The position numbers and the translations under genes are program-made. Below are positions 48,002 to 57,208 of a stretch of DNA of 64,000 nt, piece after piece. A model generated the notes under the pieces. That model made no database searches and was not told the origin of the DNA. It saw only the letters and a list, made by a program, of their open reading frames with translations. This DNA comes from Candidatus Nomurabacteria bacterium RIFCSPHIGHO2_02_FULL_42_19 (GTDB lineage Bacteria > Patescibacteriota > Minisyncoccia > Phycocordibacterales > UBA9973), in the NCBI GenBank assembly GCA_001785615.1, contig MFUG01000016.1:13752-77751 (forward strand), given 5' to 3'. Position 1 is the first letter of the stretch, and every line of letters starts with the position of its first letter.

Positions 48002-48533
48002 ATTGATAATGGAGAAGTAGAGTACCTTTTTTATTTAACCTCTTTACTGATTTTAAACAAAATTTATATTTTTTAAATTTATCGCCAGCAAACATCGGAA
48101 CACCAGTCGTAAAAACATATGGCTCAATTGTGACAAAAAGCTCGTGCAATATTTTATTTTTGAGAAAAAAATTATAGACTTTTGGTCCGCCCAAAATAGC
48201 TAGCTTTTTGTAATTTTGGTTTTTGATAAATTTTATAAAATCGGATTTTCGAGGATTAAAAAAAACCACAGAGCCCGACAACCGTGGCTTGTTCACTTTT
48301 GAGGTGAATACTATCGTGTTTCTTTTTTTGAGCCGTGTTTCCGCCATCCTGTAGGTATTGTGCCCCGTCACCACAGCATCAAATTTTCCGAGAGATTTTT
48401 GAAAAAAGTTCCGGTCTTCCTTGCTAGTCCAGTGCATCTTGGATCGATTGCTTTCAGATATGCGCCCGTCAATACTTCCCGCGACATAAGCAACACAGAA
48501 AACTTTAGGCGGCGACTTATGTTTTCGGTTCAT
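47991..48533 (-). CDS. RibD C-terminal-domain-like (DHFR-fold) reductase (start at ATG 48531-48533)
   Basis: VFCVAYVAGSIDGRI..., TGHNTY, ILGGPKVY are typical of the RibD_C / dihydrofolate-reductase-like family. Confidence 0.6.
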   Translation of the reverse strand: MNRKHKSPPKVFCVAYVAGSIDGRISESNRSKMHWTSKEDRNFFQKSLGKFDAVVTGHNTYRMAETRLKKRNTIVFTSKVNKPRLSGSVVFFNPRKSDFIKFIKNQNYKKLAILGGPKVYNFFLKNKILHELFVTIEPYVFTTGVPMFAGDKFKKYKFCLKSVKRLNKKGTLLLHYQYAN

Positions 48534-49224
48534 GGCGAAAGGCGCCCAAGAGATATTTCTGATCAACGATAAAACCAAGATTCAAGATACGCTTCTTTTC
48601 TAAAAAAGCCAAGACGTTATTGACTAAAACAAAAGAAACGGCAATGCCGAGAGCAAAAAATATACGCTCTAGGGCTACCGTTGGTATAAGTGAGATCCAA
48701 ACTGGCGCTGGTAGTGCAAAAAACCATATCCATAAAGCTCCACCGATTGCATGAGCACTAAAAGTAGCGCCAAGCGCTCGCGCCAAGAGAAATCTGTCGC
48801 GAAGAAAATAGGCAATAATCGGAATGGTCCAAAAAAGCGCAAAATACCAAACAGTCCGGCCGATAGGATGGGCTATAAAAGCCACGATAGCGATAGCGGG
48901 TAGAATTAAATTGAATTTTCCTTTCTTCGCGAAGTACAGCACCGCAAAAAGCATTGGCAGAAAGCGAATAATTGTTCCCGCGTCCTCGATTACCGCTCCG
49001 TGTGCTAAGAAGTTGATAAACTGCATCAAAAACACCGCTATGACACCAGGTAAATTGCCGATAAAAGCCCCCGCCACGGGCGCAAAAGCGTCGTACACCA
49101 TAAATTTCGCCTTTGATCCTTCTAGTTGAGTTATGGGAATCTGTAATGTAATAAATCCTAAAACCGTAAAAATAACAATAAAGAGAATATTTTTCTTTGT
49201 AAAGTATTGTTTTATGTTTGACAT
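48517..49224 (-). CDS. polytopic membrane protein, possible ECF-transporter S-component-like
   Basis: 6-7 TM helices, 235 aa. Lies next to the folate/nucleotide gene cluster. Confidence 0.35.
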   Translation of the reverse strand: MSNIKQYFTKKNILFIVIFTVLGFITLQIPITQLEGSKAKFMVYDAFAPVAGAFIGNLPGVIAVFLMQFINFLAHGAVIEDAGTIIRFLPMLFAVLYFAKKGKFNLILPAIAIVAFIAHPIGRTVWYFALFWTIPIIAYFLRDRFLLARALGATFSAHAIGGALWIWFFALPAPVWISLIPTVALERIFFALGIAVSFVLVNNVLAFLEKKRILNLGFIVDQKYLLGAFRHEPKT

Positions 49225-49248
49225 GTTAATATATTAACACAATTAGAA

Positions 49249-49674
49249 TTAATTTTTCACCTCTATGCCCATAGAACGAGCTGACCCTGCAATAATATTT
49301 ATCGCCCCTTCGTCATCTTTAGCATTCAAATCCTGCATTTTCTTTTTGGCAATTTCTAGAGCTTGCGCCCGAGTAATTTTCCCAACTTTGGTAGTAATAT
49401 TAGTTCCGGAACCTTTCTCTACGCCCGCCGCTTTTAGGATAAGGCCAGTGGCTGGAGGAGTTTTTACCACGAAATCATAACTTCGGTCTTCGTAGACGGT
49501 AATAGAGACCCCTACTTTATCTCCGGCCATATTTTTAGTGGCAGCATTGAACTTGGTAACGAAGTCCCCTATATTTATGCCGGCTTGACCTAAAGCGGGA
49601 CCGAGCGGCGGAGCAGGGGTCGCTTTAGCGGCCTGTATTTGTAGTTTTATTTTTTTAGTAATTTTTTTTGCCAT
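49249..49674 (-). CDS. rplK: 50S ribosomal protein L11
   Basis: [24 protein letters not shown]. Confidence 0.95.
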   Translation of the reverse strand: MAKKITKKIKLQIQAAKATPAPPLGPALGQAGINIGDFVTKFNAATKNMAGDKVGVSITVYEDRSYDFVVKTPPATGLILKAAGVEKGSGTNITTKVGKITRAQALEIAKKKMQDLNAKDDEGAINIIAGSARSMGIEVKN

Positions 49675-49713
49675 GTTTATTTCAATTTGTAATTAATAAC
49701 TAATAACTTAAAA

Positions 49714-50259
49714 CTAGATTTTCTTCACCTGAAGAAAATCTAGCTCCACCGGGGTCTCGCGACCGAACATGGAAACCAGTACTTTTACCTTCCCGCGCTC
49801 TTGATCAACTGAATTTACTTTACCTTCCAGGTCTTTGAATGGGCCGTCTATTATCAAAACCGTCTCTCCCACAGCAAGGTCAATATTGTGCTTGGTCGTA
49901 CCAGCATCCATCTTTTTGAAAAGAAATTCTACTTCTTCTTTTTTGAGAGGAACGGGGTTTACCCCAGCGCCCACAAAACCGGTAACCCGGGGAGTATTTC
50001 TAACCACGTACCAAGAATCATCGGTAACCACCATGTCTACCAACACATAGCCGGGATAAATTTTTTCCTCCACTTCCACGCGCTTACCTCCCTTAATTTT
50101 TATTTTTTTTTCAACCGGCACAATGACGTTGAATATTTTTTCATTCATGCTGAGCGAATCAATACGCTGTTTTAAGTTGCGTAGCACCACGTTTTCATAT
50201 CCGGCGTAAGTATGTATCGCATACCAACTTCTAACTCCTTGTGTTTCCTGTTTGGACAT
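49714..50259 (-). CDS. nusG: transcription antitermination factor NusG
   Basis: SWYAIHTYAGYE NGN domain plus C-terminal KOW (GETVLIIDGPFKDLEGKV). Confidence 0.9.
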   Translation of the reverse strand: MSKQETQGVRSWYAIHTYAGYENVVLRNLKQRIDSLSMNEKIFNVIVPVEKKIKIKGGKRVEVEEKIYPGYVLVDMVVTDDSWYVVRNTPRVTGFVGAGVNPVPLKKEEVEFLFKKMDAGTTKHNIDLAVGETVLIIDGPFKDLEGKVNSVDQERGKVKVLVSMFGRETPVELDFLQVKKI

Positions 50260-50262
50260 GAA

Positions 50263-50448
50263 TTAAAAAGAAAGTATTTTTTCTAACCCCGTAGAAAAAA
50301 TAAAGTCAAATATTCCTAAAAAATACGCGATCAAGACAGAGAGCGCGACGACAATCAACGTATAGTAAAGGGTTTGGCTTCTAGAAGGCCAAATTACGTG
50401 CTTTAATTCTGTTTTGGTATCTTTGAGATATTCGACTAGCTTGGACAT
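50263..50448 (-). CDS. secE: preprotein translocase subunit SecE
   Basis: 61 aa, single TM, KHVIWPSRSQT motif, upstream of nusG. Confidence 0.85.
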   Translation of the reverse strand: MSKLVEYLKDTKTELKHVIWPSRSQTLYYTLIVVALSVLIAYFLGIFDFIFSTGLEKILSF

Positions 50449-50459
50449 AATTTTATAAA

Positions 50460-50486
50460 AAAGCCCCTCAAGAGGGCTTTTTTATA
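50460..50486 (-). terminator. bidirectional rho-independent terminator (agcccctcaagagggct + T-run)
   Basis: GC stem agccc/gggct with T-runs on both strands. Lies between the SIMPL gene stop and the secE start. Confidence 0.6.
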
Positions 50487-50581
50487 TTATTCCCTTTTTC
50501 CTGAAAAGTCAAACTATTATACAGTTACCCATATGGGGTGACAGTTTAGGTAAATTGGGGTGACAAAGGGTAACTAAACAA

Positions 50582-51388
50582 CTACCTTATCTCGTAAGTT
50601 ACTGTTACATCCGAGCTGATGATGTTCTCGCCTTTCGGAATTTGAGCTGGGGCAGGAGCTGTACTGGCGCCTTCCAGCATCATGGCATCTTTAGCGTAGT
50701 AAATTGGTCCTCCATAGCCGTCATTTTCACTGAAACTTGCAATTCGACCCAAGCGAACTCCCAGGTCGTTAGCTAAAACTTTTGCTTTGGTTCTGGCGTC
50801 CTCAATTGCTTCCTTCCTAGCTTCAGCTTTTAGAGCATCTTCATCATCTATGGAAAAATCTGGGCCATTTAAATCAGTCACTCCCAAAGTTCCGAGGTCT
50901 TGCATAATTTTACCGACCTCGTCTGTATTTCTAACTTTTACCGTAATACTTTCATATGCTTCGTAGCCCACGATCACGTTATCCCCCGAATTGGGAGGAC
51001 AGCCGTACTGAGTACATGGCATTGATACTCGTGTGTCATAAACATATTTATATTTTGGGTTGAAAGAAGCATTGGAGGTTTTGATATCCTTTTCCGCCAC
51101 GCCACTTGCCTTCAAGGAATCAAACGCGGACTTCTCCACTGTCGCCACGGCCTCTTGCGCTTCTTTTACTGTCTTCCCCTCTTTGTGAATAGAGAAATAA
51201 ATATTGGCAATATCCGGCACAGCGGAAACTTCTCCATGTCCAGAGAGCGTAATAGTATTGGCTTCATTACTACCCATCATTCCATAAGACCTAAATTCGG
51301 ACAGAAACTTTACGGCAAAAAATAAAGAAAGGACGACGACAAAAACGAGTGAAACCCTATACAAGTTTTTTATGTATTCATTTGGCAT
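50582..51388 (-). CDS. SIMPL-domain (DUF541/BP26-like) protein with signal anchor
   Basis: N-terminal TM, then ITLSGHGEVSAVPDIANIYFSI... and C-terminal VTVTYEI are typical of SIMPL. Confidence 0.65.
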   Translation of the reverse strand: MPNEYIKNLYRVSLVFVVVLSLFFAVKFLSEFRSYGMMGSNEANTITLSGHGEVSAVPDIANIYFSIHKEGKTVKEAQEAVATVEKSAFDSLKASGVAEKDIKTSNASFNPKYKYVYDTRVSMPCTQYGCPPNSGDNVIVGYEAYESITVKVRNTDEVGKIMQDLGTLGVTDLNGPDFSIDDEDALKAEARKEAIEDARTKAKVLANDLGVRLGRIASFSENDGYGGPIYYAKDAMMLEGASTAPAPAQIPKGENIISSDVTVTYEIR

Positions 51389-51456
51389 AATATTTTTGGA
51401 AAATTATTTCTAATAATTAAATTATAGCATAAGGGTATTAAAGTTCCAGTAGAAAA

Positions 51457-52431
51457 CTAAAATGGGTCAGTGCCTTGAATCAGTCGAACTGGTCCCGGCT
51501 GAATTATAATACCCTGATTACTATCTATAACGCGAGGGGGTAAACTTATAGGATTGTTTTCTGAACTCTCTGTATTTTGATTTTCTGTCTGATTTTCCGG
51601 GTCGGGGTTTGTGATAGGGCTGATTGGGACAGGAGTAGGAGACAAGGGCTCTATTTCCTCTTCTATCTCCGCTAACTGTTCTTGGACGGTAGTGACTTCT
51701 GTTTGCGCCTGCGTCACCACTGCCTGTTGTGCCACTACTTCTTCTGGCTCTATGGAGGTGGGGGGCGGAAAGTTGGAGGAAGTTTGACTGGATTCTACTT
51801 GTGAATTATGGTTTTCTATCGCGGTCTCAAGAGAAGTTAAGACCTCGTTTATATCTACTATGGACGGAAGTTGTGAAAAGTAAGTATCTATTTGAAATTG
51901 GGAAAGTTCTGAATCCTCCGGGGTCAAGCTTGCCACTATTTTAGCAAGGTTTTCTATGAACGTTTTGATTATTTCGGTATCTGCTTTTATTTTTTCTGCT
52001 TCACTTACGCCTATCTCTTTAATCGATAAAATATCGGTTTTTGCCAGCCACTCTGCAAGGAGTAGATTGATATATTGTCTCTCCGCATTTATTAGAATGT
52101 CGGGTAAAGGATTGTCTACAATTATTTCCGGGTTGGATCCATCGGGATCGGTAAATATAAAGTCGGTCTGTTTGACTATGTCCGAGGCCTGTTTTATTTG
52201 GTCTTGAACACTCGTACCTAATGCAAAAGAATTCTGCAGGTCGCCAAGCATAGTGCTCAATGCCCCCTTGGCTCTATTAAATTTATCTTCTGCGGTAATT
52301 AAATTACTTTCCAGTTTATTTTTTCGGGCCATTAAATCATCTAATTCACTCTCGCGCGTTAAAAAATATCCTCCCGTTAGAATAGTTATTAAAAAAGCTA
52401 TGCCTGCGCCAATAATAACTGATTTACTCAC
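51457..52431 (-). CDS. hypothetical membrane-anchored coiled-coil protein with P/T/E-rich linker
   Basis: N-terminal TM, heptad-rich middle, low-complexity C-terminus. Confidence 0.4.
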   Translation of the reverse strand: MSKSVIIGAGIAFLITILTGGYFLTRESELDDLMARKNKLESNLITAEDKFNRAKGALSTMLGDLQNSFALGTSVQDQIKQASDIVKQTDFIFTDPDGSNPEIIVDNPLPDILINAERQYINLLLAEWLAKTDILSIKEIGVSEAEKIKADTEIIKTFIENLAKIVASLTPEDSELSQFQIDTYFSQLPSIVDINEVLTSLETAIENHNSQVESSQTSSNFPPPTSIEPEEVVAQQAVVTQAQTEVTTVQEQLAEIEEEIEPLSPTPVPISPITNPDPENQTENQNTESSENNPISLPPRVIDSNQGIIIQPGPVRLIQGTDPF

Positions 52432-52449
52432 GTTTTTATTATAACATTT

Positions 52450-53463
52450 TTAAATTAAATTCACTTCTGGCGTCAGCTTCAATCCAAATTTAGAAAAAAC
52501 TGAGTCCGTAATTTCTTTAGCTAAATTTTTTATTTCTTCGCCTGTCGCCTCACCATGATTGACCAGTACTAACGCATGTTTCTCGTGTACTCCTGTATTC
52601 CCTATTCTTTTACCTTTCCACCCAGTCTGCTCCACCAGCCAACCAGCTGGAACTTTCATGACTTCATCTTCTTTATAGTGTGGCATATTCGGATAAATTT
52701 TTAATAACTCTTCCAATTTTTCTTTTTCTAAAAACACATTTTTAAAAAAACTTCCAGCATTCCCGATAACAGCCGGGTCTGGTAATTTAAGCTTACGTAT
52801 AAATGTTACAGCGTTACTTATGTCTTTTGAACTATTGAGCGGCAATTTACTTATTTCTGAATATTCGGTAAAAGCTCGATATTTTATATTTTTCTTTTCT
52901 ATTTTACTTAACTTTAAGGTTACGGCCAAAATAAAATATTTACCCCGCCATTCTTTTTTAAAAATACTGTCATGGTAACTAAACCCGCATTCTTCTTTTC
53001 TGAAAGTTTTTTTTGTGCCATTTTTAACGTCTAATGCTTCCACATTCTCCAAAACTTCGCAAAGTTCCGCCCCATATGCCCCCAAGTTTTCTACCAACGC
53101 GCCACCCACTGTGCCGGGTATAAATGATAAATTTTCAAGCCCCCACAGGTTCCGCTCCACCGCGAAGAACACTAAGTCGTGCCATATCTCCCCGCTCGTT
53201 GATCTAATGACCATGTTTTGTGAATCTTCTTTTAGAATTTCTATACCTTTTAATTTATTCAGAATAACGATACCGTCAAAGTTTTTAGTGAATAAAACAT
53301 TGCTACCGCCACCTAAAAACAATTTTTCATTGTTTTGAAACTCGGGCAGTTTGAAAAGCTCTTGCAACTCAAGTTCGCTTTTTATTTCAGTAAAAAATTT
53401 AGCTCGAACATTGATGCCGAAAGTATTCAATTTGGTTAAATCGTAATTTTTGTGAATCTCCAT
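52450..53463 (-). CDS. murB: UDP-N-acetylenolpyruvoylglucosamine reductase MurB (start at ATG 53461-53463)
   Basis: FAD-binding domain FGINVRAKFF..LGGGSNVLF and the C-terminal MurB domain. Confidence 0.85.
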   Translation of the reverse strand: MEIHKNYDLTKLNTFGINVRAKFFTEIKSELELQELFKLPEFQNNEKLFLGGGSNVLFTKNFDGIVILNKLKGIEILKEDSQNMVIRSTSGEIWHDLVFFAVERNLWGLENLSFIPGTVGGALVENLGAYGAELCEVLENVEALDVKNGTKKTFRKEECGFSYHDSIFKKEWRGKYFILAVTLKLSKIEKKNIKYRAFTEYSEISKLPLNSSKDISNAVTFIRKLKLPDPAVIGNAGSFFKNVFLEKEKLEELLKIYPNMPHYKEDEVMKVPAGWLVEQTGWKGKRIGNTGVHEKHALVLVNHGEATGEEIKNLAKEITDSVFSKFGLKLTPEVNLI

Positions 53464-53467
53464 ATTA

Positions 53468-54046
53468 TTATCGAAGTATAGACACAGAGCCATCAGGATG
53501 CAATCTAACAACTTTGGACGCTTCCCCGGCAAGCATGCCTCCATCTATGTACAGATCAACGGAGTCATTAAAATACTTTTTTGCTTCTTCGATGGTCTTG
53601 GCTGGGAGTAAACCTTCGGGATTAGCAGATGGCGCAATGAGCGGGCCTGTTTCCAAGAGAAGGTCTCGCAACTCTTTTATGGCCGGCAGACGAAAGGCAA
53701 GGGTTTTCGTCCCGCGATGTAGATAGGAAAATGACTCGTCGGGACAATCTAGAACGACACTGATAGGCCGAAGGTCCTGAGTAGGACTGAAGGACCAATA
53801 TTTTTTTAATTTTTCTTTTTGCTTTTCTGAAATATTTATAGAAAAATTTTTAAGTTCACTAATATCTCCGATAAGTATGATGCAAGGTTTCTTTGGATTT
53901 CGTTTGCGCAAAGCATAGATACGATTAACCACCGAAACATTTTGGGCGCTTCCCACCATTCCGTACAAAGTATCGGTGGGCATAACCGCGACGCCACCAC
54001 CCCTTAAGATTTTTATAAGATTCTTATTCTCTTGATCGCCCCACAT
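53468..54046 (-). CDS. tsaC: L-threonylcarbamoyladenylate synthase (TsaC/YrdC/Sua5 family)
   Basis: GGVAVMPTDTLYGM signature. Confidence 0.85.
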   Translation of the reverse strand: MWGDQENKNLIKILRGGGVAVMPTDTLYGMVGSAQNVSVVNRIYALRKRNPKKPCIILIGDISELKNFSINISEKQKEKLKKYWSFSPTQDLRPISVVLDCPDESFSYLHRGTKTLAFRLPAIKELRDLLLETGPLIAPSANPEGLLPAKTIEEAKKYFNDSVDLYIDGGMLAGEASKVVRLHPDGSVSILR

Positions 54047-54050
54047 ATTT

Positions 54051-54581
54051 TTACAAGATCTCTTTTTCCAGGTGTTTTTCTATCTCTTCTTCACTAACTG
54101 GACGAAGCATCTTCTTCAGTTCCGGGTCTTGTGATAAATCCATTCCTTGTTTTTCTAGAAGTAAAGCCATCATTTTCATAAGCTTAGTAATTTCCCGCTC
54201 GGAAATGAGATTTAGCTGTAAATGGGTCTCTTCCCGCAAATCATCTATCTTGGCGCTACGATTTTGGGAAATAAGCACGAAGATTGCTAGAATAATGGCT
54301 TCGAGGGAGACAATGGTAGTAAGTAAACTAAAAGGGAAAGGGTCAAAGGGGGATATTTCTTTTACCTGATTAGTGTTGATAAGTATCCAGGCAATAAATA
54401 AAAATACATTAAATAATAAAAAAATTATGCTCCCGAAGCTTGAAGTCAACCAGTCGGCCATTCGTTCCATGGTCGTTCTTTTGGCGTTCGCTTTGGCCTT
54501 CATGCTCTTGAATATTTTCCTACGCGGCTCCTCGTTTTCGCCAAATAATGCCGTTAGAAATGAGACGTAGTTGTTTGGCAT
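54051..54581 (-). CDS. DUF1003-family membrane protein
   Basis: 2 TM helices plus charged C-terminal coiled coil. Pattern typical of DUF1003. Confidence 0.5.
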   Translation of the reverse strand: MPNNYVSFLTALFGENEEPRRKIFKSMKAKANAKRTTMERMADWLTSSFGSIIFLLFNVFLFIAWILINTNQVKEISPFDPFPFSLLTTIVSLEAIILAIFVLISQNRSAKIDDLREETHLQLNLISEREITKLMKMMALLLEKQGMDLSQDPELKKMLRPVSEEEIEKHLEKEIL

Positions 54582-54630
54582 CTTTATATTATAACACTTA
54601 TTTTAAAAACTAGACGGTGTACACATAATT

Positions 54631-54704
54631 TGGGTGCCCGGAGAGAATTGAACTCTCGATATCGGCTCCACAAGCCGAAGTTTTACCACTAAACTACGGG
54701 CACC
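54631..54704 (-). tRNA. tRNA-His (anticodon GUG) with encoded G-1
   Basis: Reverse complement G-GTGCCCG-TA-GTTT-AGTGGTA-AAAC-T-TCGGC-TTGTGGA-GCCGA-TATC-GAGAG-TTCAATT-CTCTC-CGGGCAC-C. The extra 5' G opposite C73 is the His hallmark. Confidence 0.8.
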
Positions 54705-54707
54705 ATA

Positions 54708-55229
54708 TTACGAAGATTTTCTTCGTACTCTATATACTGACAGATTCTTCACAAATTTCAAGGATTCTTCTTTATTATGGTGAACCAAAAAATGACAATT
54801 GTGGCAAAGCCAAGACAAATTTGATATATTATTATTCTTTCTATTCTTATCAATGTGGTGAACAGCAAGTACTCTTTGGTCTTTGGTTTTACATAAAATA
54901 CAAAATTTGGGAATTTTGTGTCTTGATAATACACTTCTATAAGCAAACAATCCCATTTTCCAATTAGCGTGCTTGGCTCCAATAAATTCTTGATTTCTCC
55001 AAACTGTTTGGCAAGATTTGCTACAAAAAAATTTACCACTTTTTGACTTTGTTAATTGTTTTAGTTGTTTGTAAGTTTCTTTACCGCAAATATCACAAGG
55101 CACAATGGCTCCTTTTTTCCTCGCCTGATACTGACACGCAGAAGAACAATATTTTGCATACCCAATTTTGATGTGAGATGGCTTACCATAAAACTCTTTT
55201 GAGCATAATTGACATTTTACTATTGGCAC
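54708..55229 (-). CDS. HNH endonuclease with multiple CxxC zinc-ribbon pairs
   Basis: VHHIDKNRKNNNISNLSWLCHNCH HNH core plus 6 CxxC pairs. Starts 3 nt from tRNA-His. Confidence 0.75.
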   Translation of the reverse strand: MPIVKCQLCSKEFYGKPSHIKIGYAKYCSSACQYQARKKGAIVPCDICGKETYKQLKQLTKSKSGKFFCSKSCQTVWRNQEFIGAKHANWKMGLFAYRSVLSRHKIPKFCILCKTKDQRVLAVHHIDKNRKNNNISNLSWLCHNCHFLVHHNKEESLKFVKNLSVYRVRRKSS

Positions 55230-55320
55230 AGTTTTATTATATCAATAATGGAAAATTATGTAAAGAAAACAATTTGTGGATATTTCTACAATTTGTTATG
55301 CTACTATCAAGTGGAATTTT

Positions 55321-55740
55321 CTAACTAAAGACGGTGAAAATAAAAATCAGAGTAGAAATAAAGGCCGAGACAAGGCACCAAGAGCAACCTTTCTTTAGGG
55401 CGAAAATCTGCACGCCAATAAGATAAAGAGAGAAAAGAAAAGCAGTGGTAGAAATTATTAAACTAAAATCAATTGGAATACTTGAGAAAAAACTTGGGGA
55501 GAAGATTAAAATTATATGCCATAGGGAAATAATGGAATAGTAAAACATCCCCAAGAACTCCACCGGAATGCCAAAAAATCTAGAATAGTCACTATTGACG
55601 ACAGTGTTGCAATCAAACCTTATCGGGCAGACAAGTAATTTGCCAGTTTTTTTATGGTGATAAATATACTTGGCAACCATAAAACCGGAGATCCCCAAAA
55701 TCACAATGGCAACATGTATTAAAATATCATTTTCTAGCAT
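55321..55740 (-). CDS. vitamin K epoxide reductase (VKOR)-family membrane protein
   Basis: Loop Cys pair (VCPIRFDC), FGIPVEFLGMFYY, and TM CxxC (GCSWC). Confidence 0.6.
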   Translation of the reverse strand: MLENDILIHVAIVILGISGFMVAKYIYHHKKTGKLLVCPIRFDCNTVVNSDYSRFFGIPVEFLGMFYYSIISLWHIILIFSPSFFSSIPIDFSLIISTTAFLFSLYLIGVQIFALKKGCSWCLVSAFISTLIFIFTVFS

Positions 55741-55764
55741 TGTGTCTAAAGTATACCAATTTTT

Positions 55765-56300
55765 TTATATAAAACAAAAGCATAAACTAGTTCGCGCCGG
55801 GGGTCTTTGGGAAAAGACCGCGACCGGCGCGAATGTGTGATGGGGGGTTTGTCCCCTAGTCTCGACTGTGCCCATCGGGACCGTTGCCTTGAGCCGCGAG
55901 CGGATTATTGTTGGCCTCCCGTCGTTCTCGACGGTGGTGGTCACGAGCCACGTTCGGTGCCCACTGTGCGATCCGCTCCTCGACGGTGGGCGCCGGCGAG
56001 GGAGGGTCGATTTGGAGTACGGATTCTTGTCTGTACCTCTCAAGATGTTTCCTTGACATTATCTCTCCCTTCTTCCTCGTTAACGACTCGCTGGGCCGTA
56101 GGAAGTGGGTGCCGTGCCCTCCACGCGGGATCACGCAACCATTCATCCTCTTGATGGCATTGGTTCAGATGAAGTATCTTCGCCATGCCCTCGTCTGAGA
56201 CGGGCTTCATGTTCATGGGACCTCCGAAAATAAGAACGCAGAAAACACAACCTAAAATATACTCCCAAAAACACAAAAAATCAACGGTGCCCAGAGGGTT
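55765..56300. other. GC-rich (~60%) island with overlapping SD-preceded small ORFs (56040-56216, 55856-56059, minus strand); foreign-composition DNA
   Basis: Composition break, nested hairpin ttcgcgccgg..ccggcgcgaa. GGAGG-N4-ATG precedes MNMKPVSDEG...; a second ORF, MSRKHLERYRQ..., overlaps it by 20 nt. Confidence 0.4.
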
Positions 56301-56310
56301 CTTGGACTAA

Positions 56311-56538
56311 CTATATTTCTAATCTTTTAATCTTGAAAAGATCATATATAGCAGCAAGTATAAAGACAATCTGCAAAATTATGAATATTGTATCTTGAAG
56401 ATAAATACTATAAATTTCCAGACAAATTCCGCCAATTATAGATAAAATGTTTTGGCGCTTGCGATTTTTTAGCAATAAACCAATACAAATAAAAAAGAGT
56501 CCTACTGCGCCTACTAATTTAAAAATATCTATATCCAT
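56311..56538 (-). CDS. small membrane protein (75 aa; start at ATG 56536-56538)
   Basis: MDIDIFKLVGAVGLFFICIGLL.. gives two TM helices. The longer track ORF would overlap tRNA-Leu. Confidence 0.45.
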   Translation of the reverse strand: MDIDIFKLVGAVGLFFICIGLLLKNRKRQNILSIIGGICLEIYSIYLQDTIFIILQIVFILAAIYDLFKIKRLEI

Positions 56539-56543
56539 ATATT

Positions 56544-56630
56544 TGGTGCGCTGGGGGAGACTTGAACTCCCACGTCCTTGCGGACCTGTGCACCTCAAGC
56601 ACAGATGGTTACCAGTTACATCACCAGCGC
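56544..56630 (-). tRNA. tRNA-Leu (anticodon GAG), type II with long variable arm, CCA encoded
   Basis: Reverse complement GCGCTGG..TGTGC-TTGAGGT-GCACA-GGTCCGCAAGGACGT-GGGAG-TTCAAGT-CTCCC-CCAGCGC-A-CCA. Confidence 0.8.
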
Positions 56631-56659
56631 AACATTAAAATTATATTAGAGATAGAAAT

Positions 56660-57109
56660 TTATTCCGCGGCTTTGGCTACTGCTTCTGTTTCATTATCGG
56701 CTTCTGAATTGACGGAGCGCATCTTGCGGCGAACATCTTTTATCGCTTTAGTGCGAATATAATATAATTTACTTCTTCGGGCATGGGACTTTTTAATTAG
56801 TTCAATTTTATCTACCATGGGCGAGAAAAGCGGGAAAATTCTTTCAACCCCAACCCCTGAAGCAACTCGGCGCACCGTAAAGGTCGCCCCCGACTCTGTC
56901 CCGTGTTTGCGAGCTAAAACCGTCCCCTCAAATGCCTGGAGACGGAATTTGACGGTTTTTTCCGCTTTTTTGTTGGCTTTAGTGGACATTTTTTCTTCCG
57001 CTATCTTGCTCCACACCCGCACAGTATCCCCGGACCGAAAATCCAGTTTCTTGCGGGTTTCAATATCTACCGAGGTGAATTTAATTTTGTTTAATAAAGC
57101 AGTATTCAT
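56660..57109 (-). CDS. rplS: 50S ribosomal protein L19 (with C-terminal extension)
   Basis: FRSGDTVRVWSKI..RLQAFEGTVLARKHG..GATFTVRR.ASGVGVERIFPL.SP..RRSKLYYIR. Confidence 0.9.
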   Translation of the reverse strand: MNTALLNKIKFTSVDIETRKKLDFRSGDTVRVWSKIAEEKMSTKANKKAEKTVKFRLQAFEGTVLARKHGTESGATFTVRRVASGVGVERIFPLFSPMVDKIELIKKSHARRSKLYYIRTKAIKDVRRKMRSVNSEADNETEAVAKAAE

Positions 57110-57136
57110 GGTGATTTAATCTAACATGCCCTGTGA

Positions 57137-57200
57137 TTTTTTGCAATTTCCTCACCCCTGCTGCGCTTCCCCTCTCCATTTATAAATGGAGAGGGGCTAG
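57137..57200. other. nested GC hairpin (cctcaccc..cctctccattt ataa aaatggagagg..ggtgagg) between rplS and the Cys-rich gene
   Basis: Two concentric inverted repeats. No adjacent T-run, so not a canonical terminator. Confidence 0.5.
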
Positions 57201-57208
57201 AGGTGAGG

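Noticed and set aside
57137-57200. Canonical rho-independent terminator downstream of the Cys-rich gene
   Set aside because: Strong nested hairpin, but no T-run on either strand. Kept only as a structured element.
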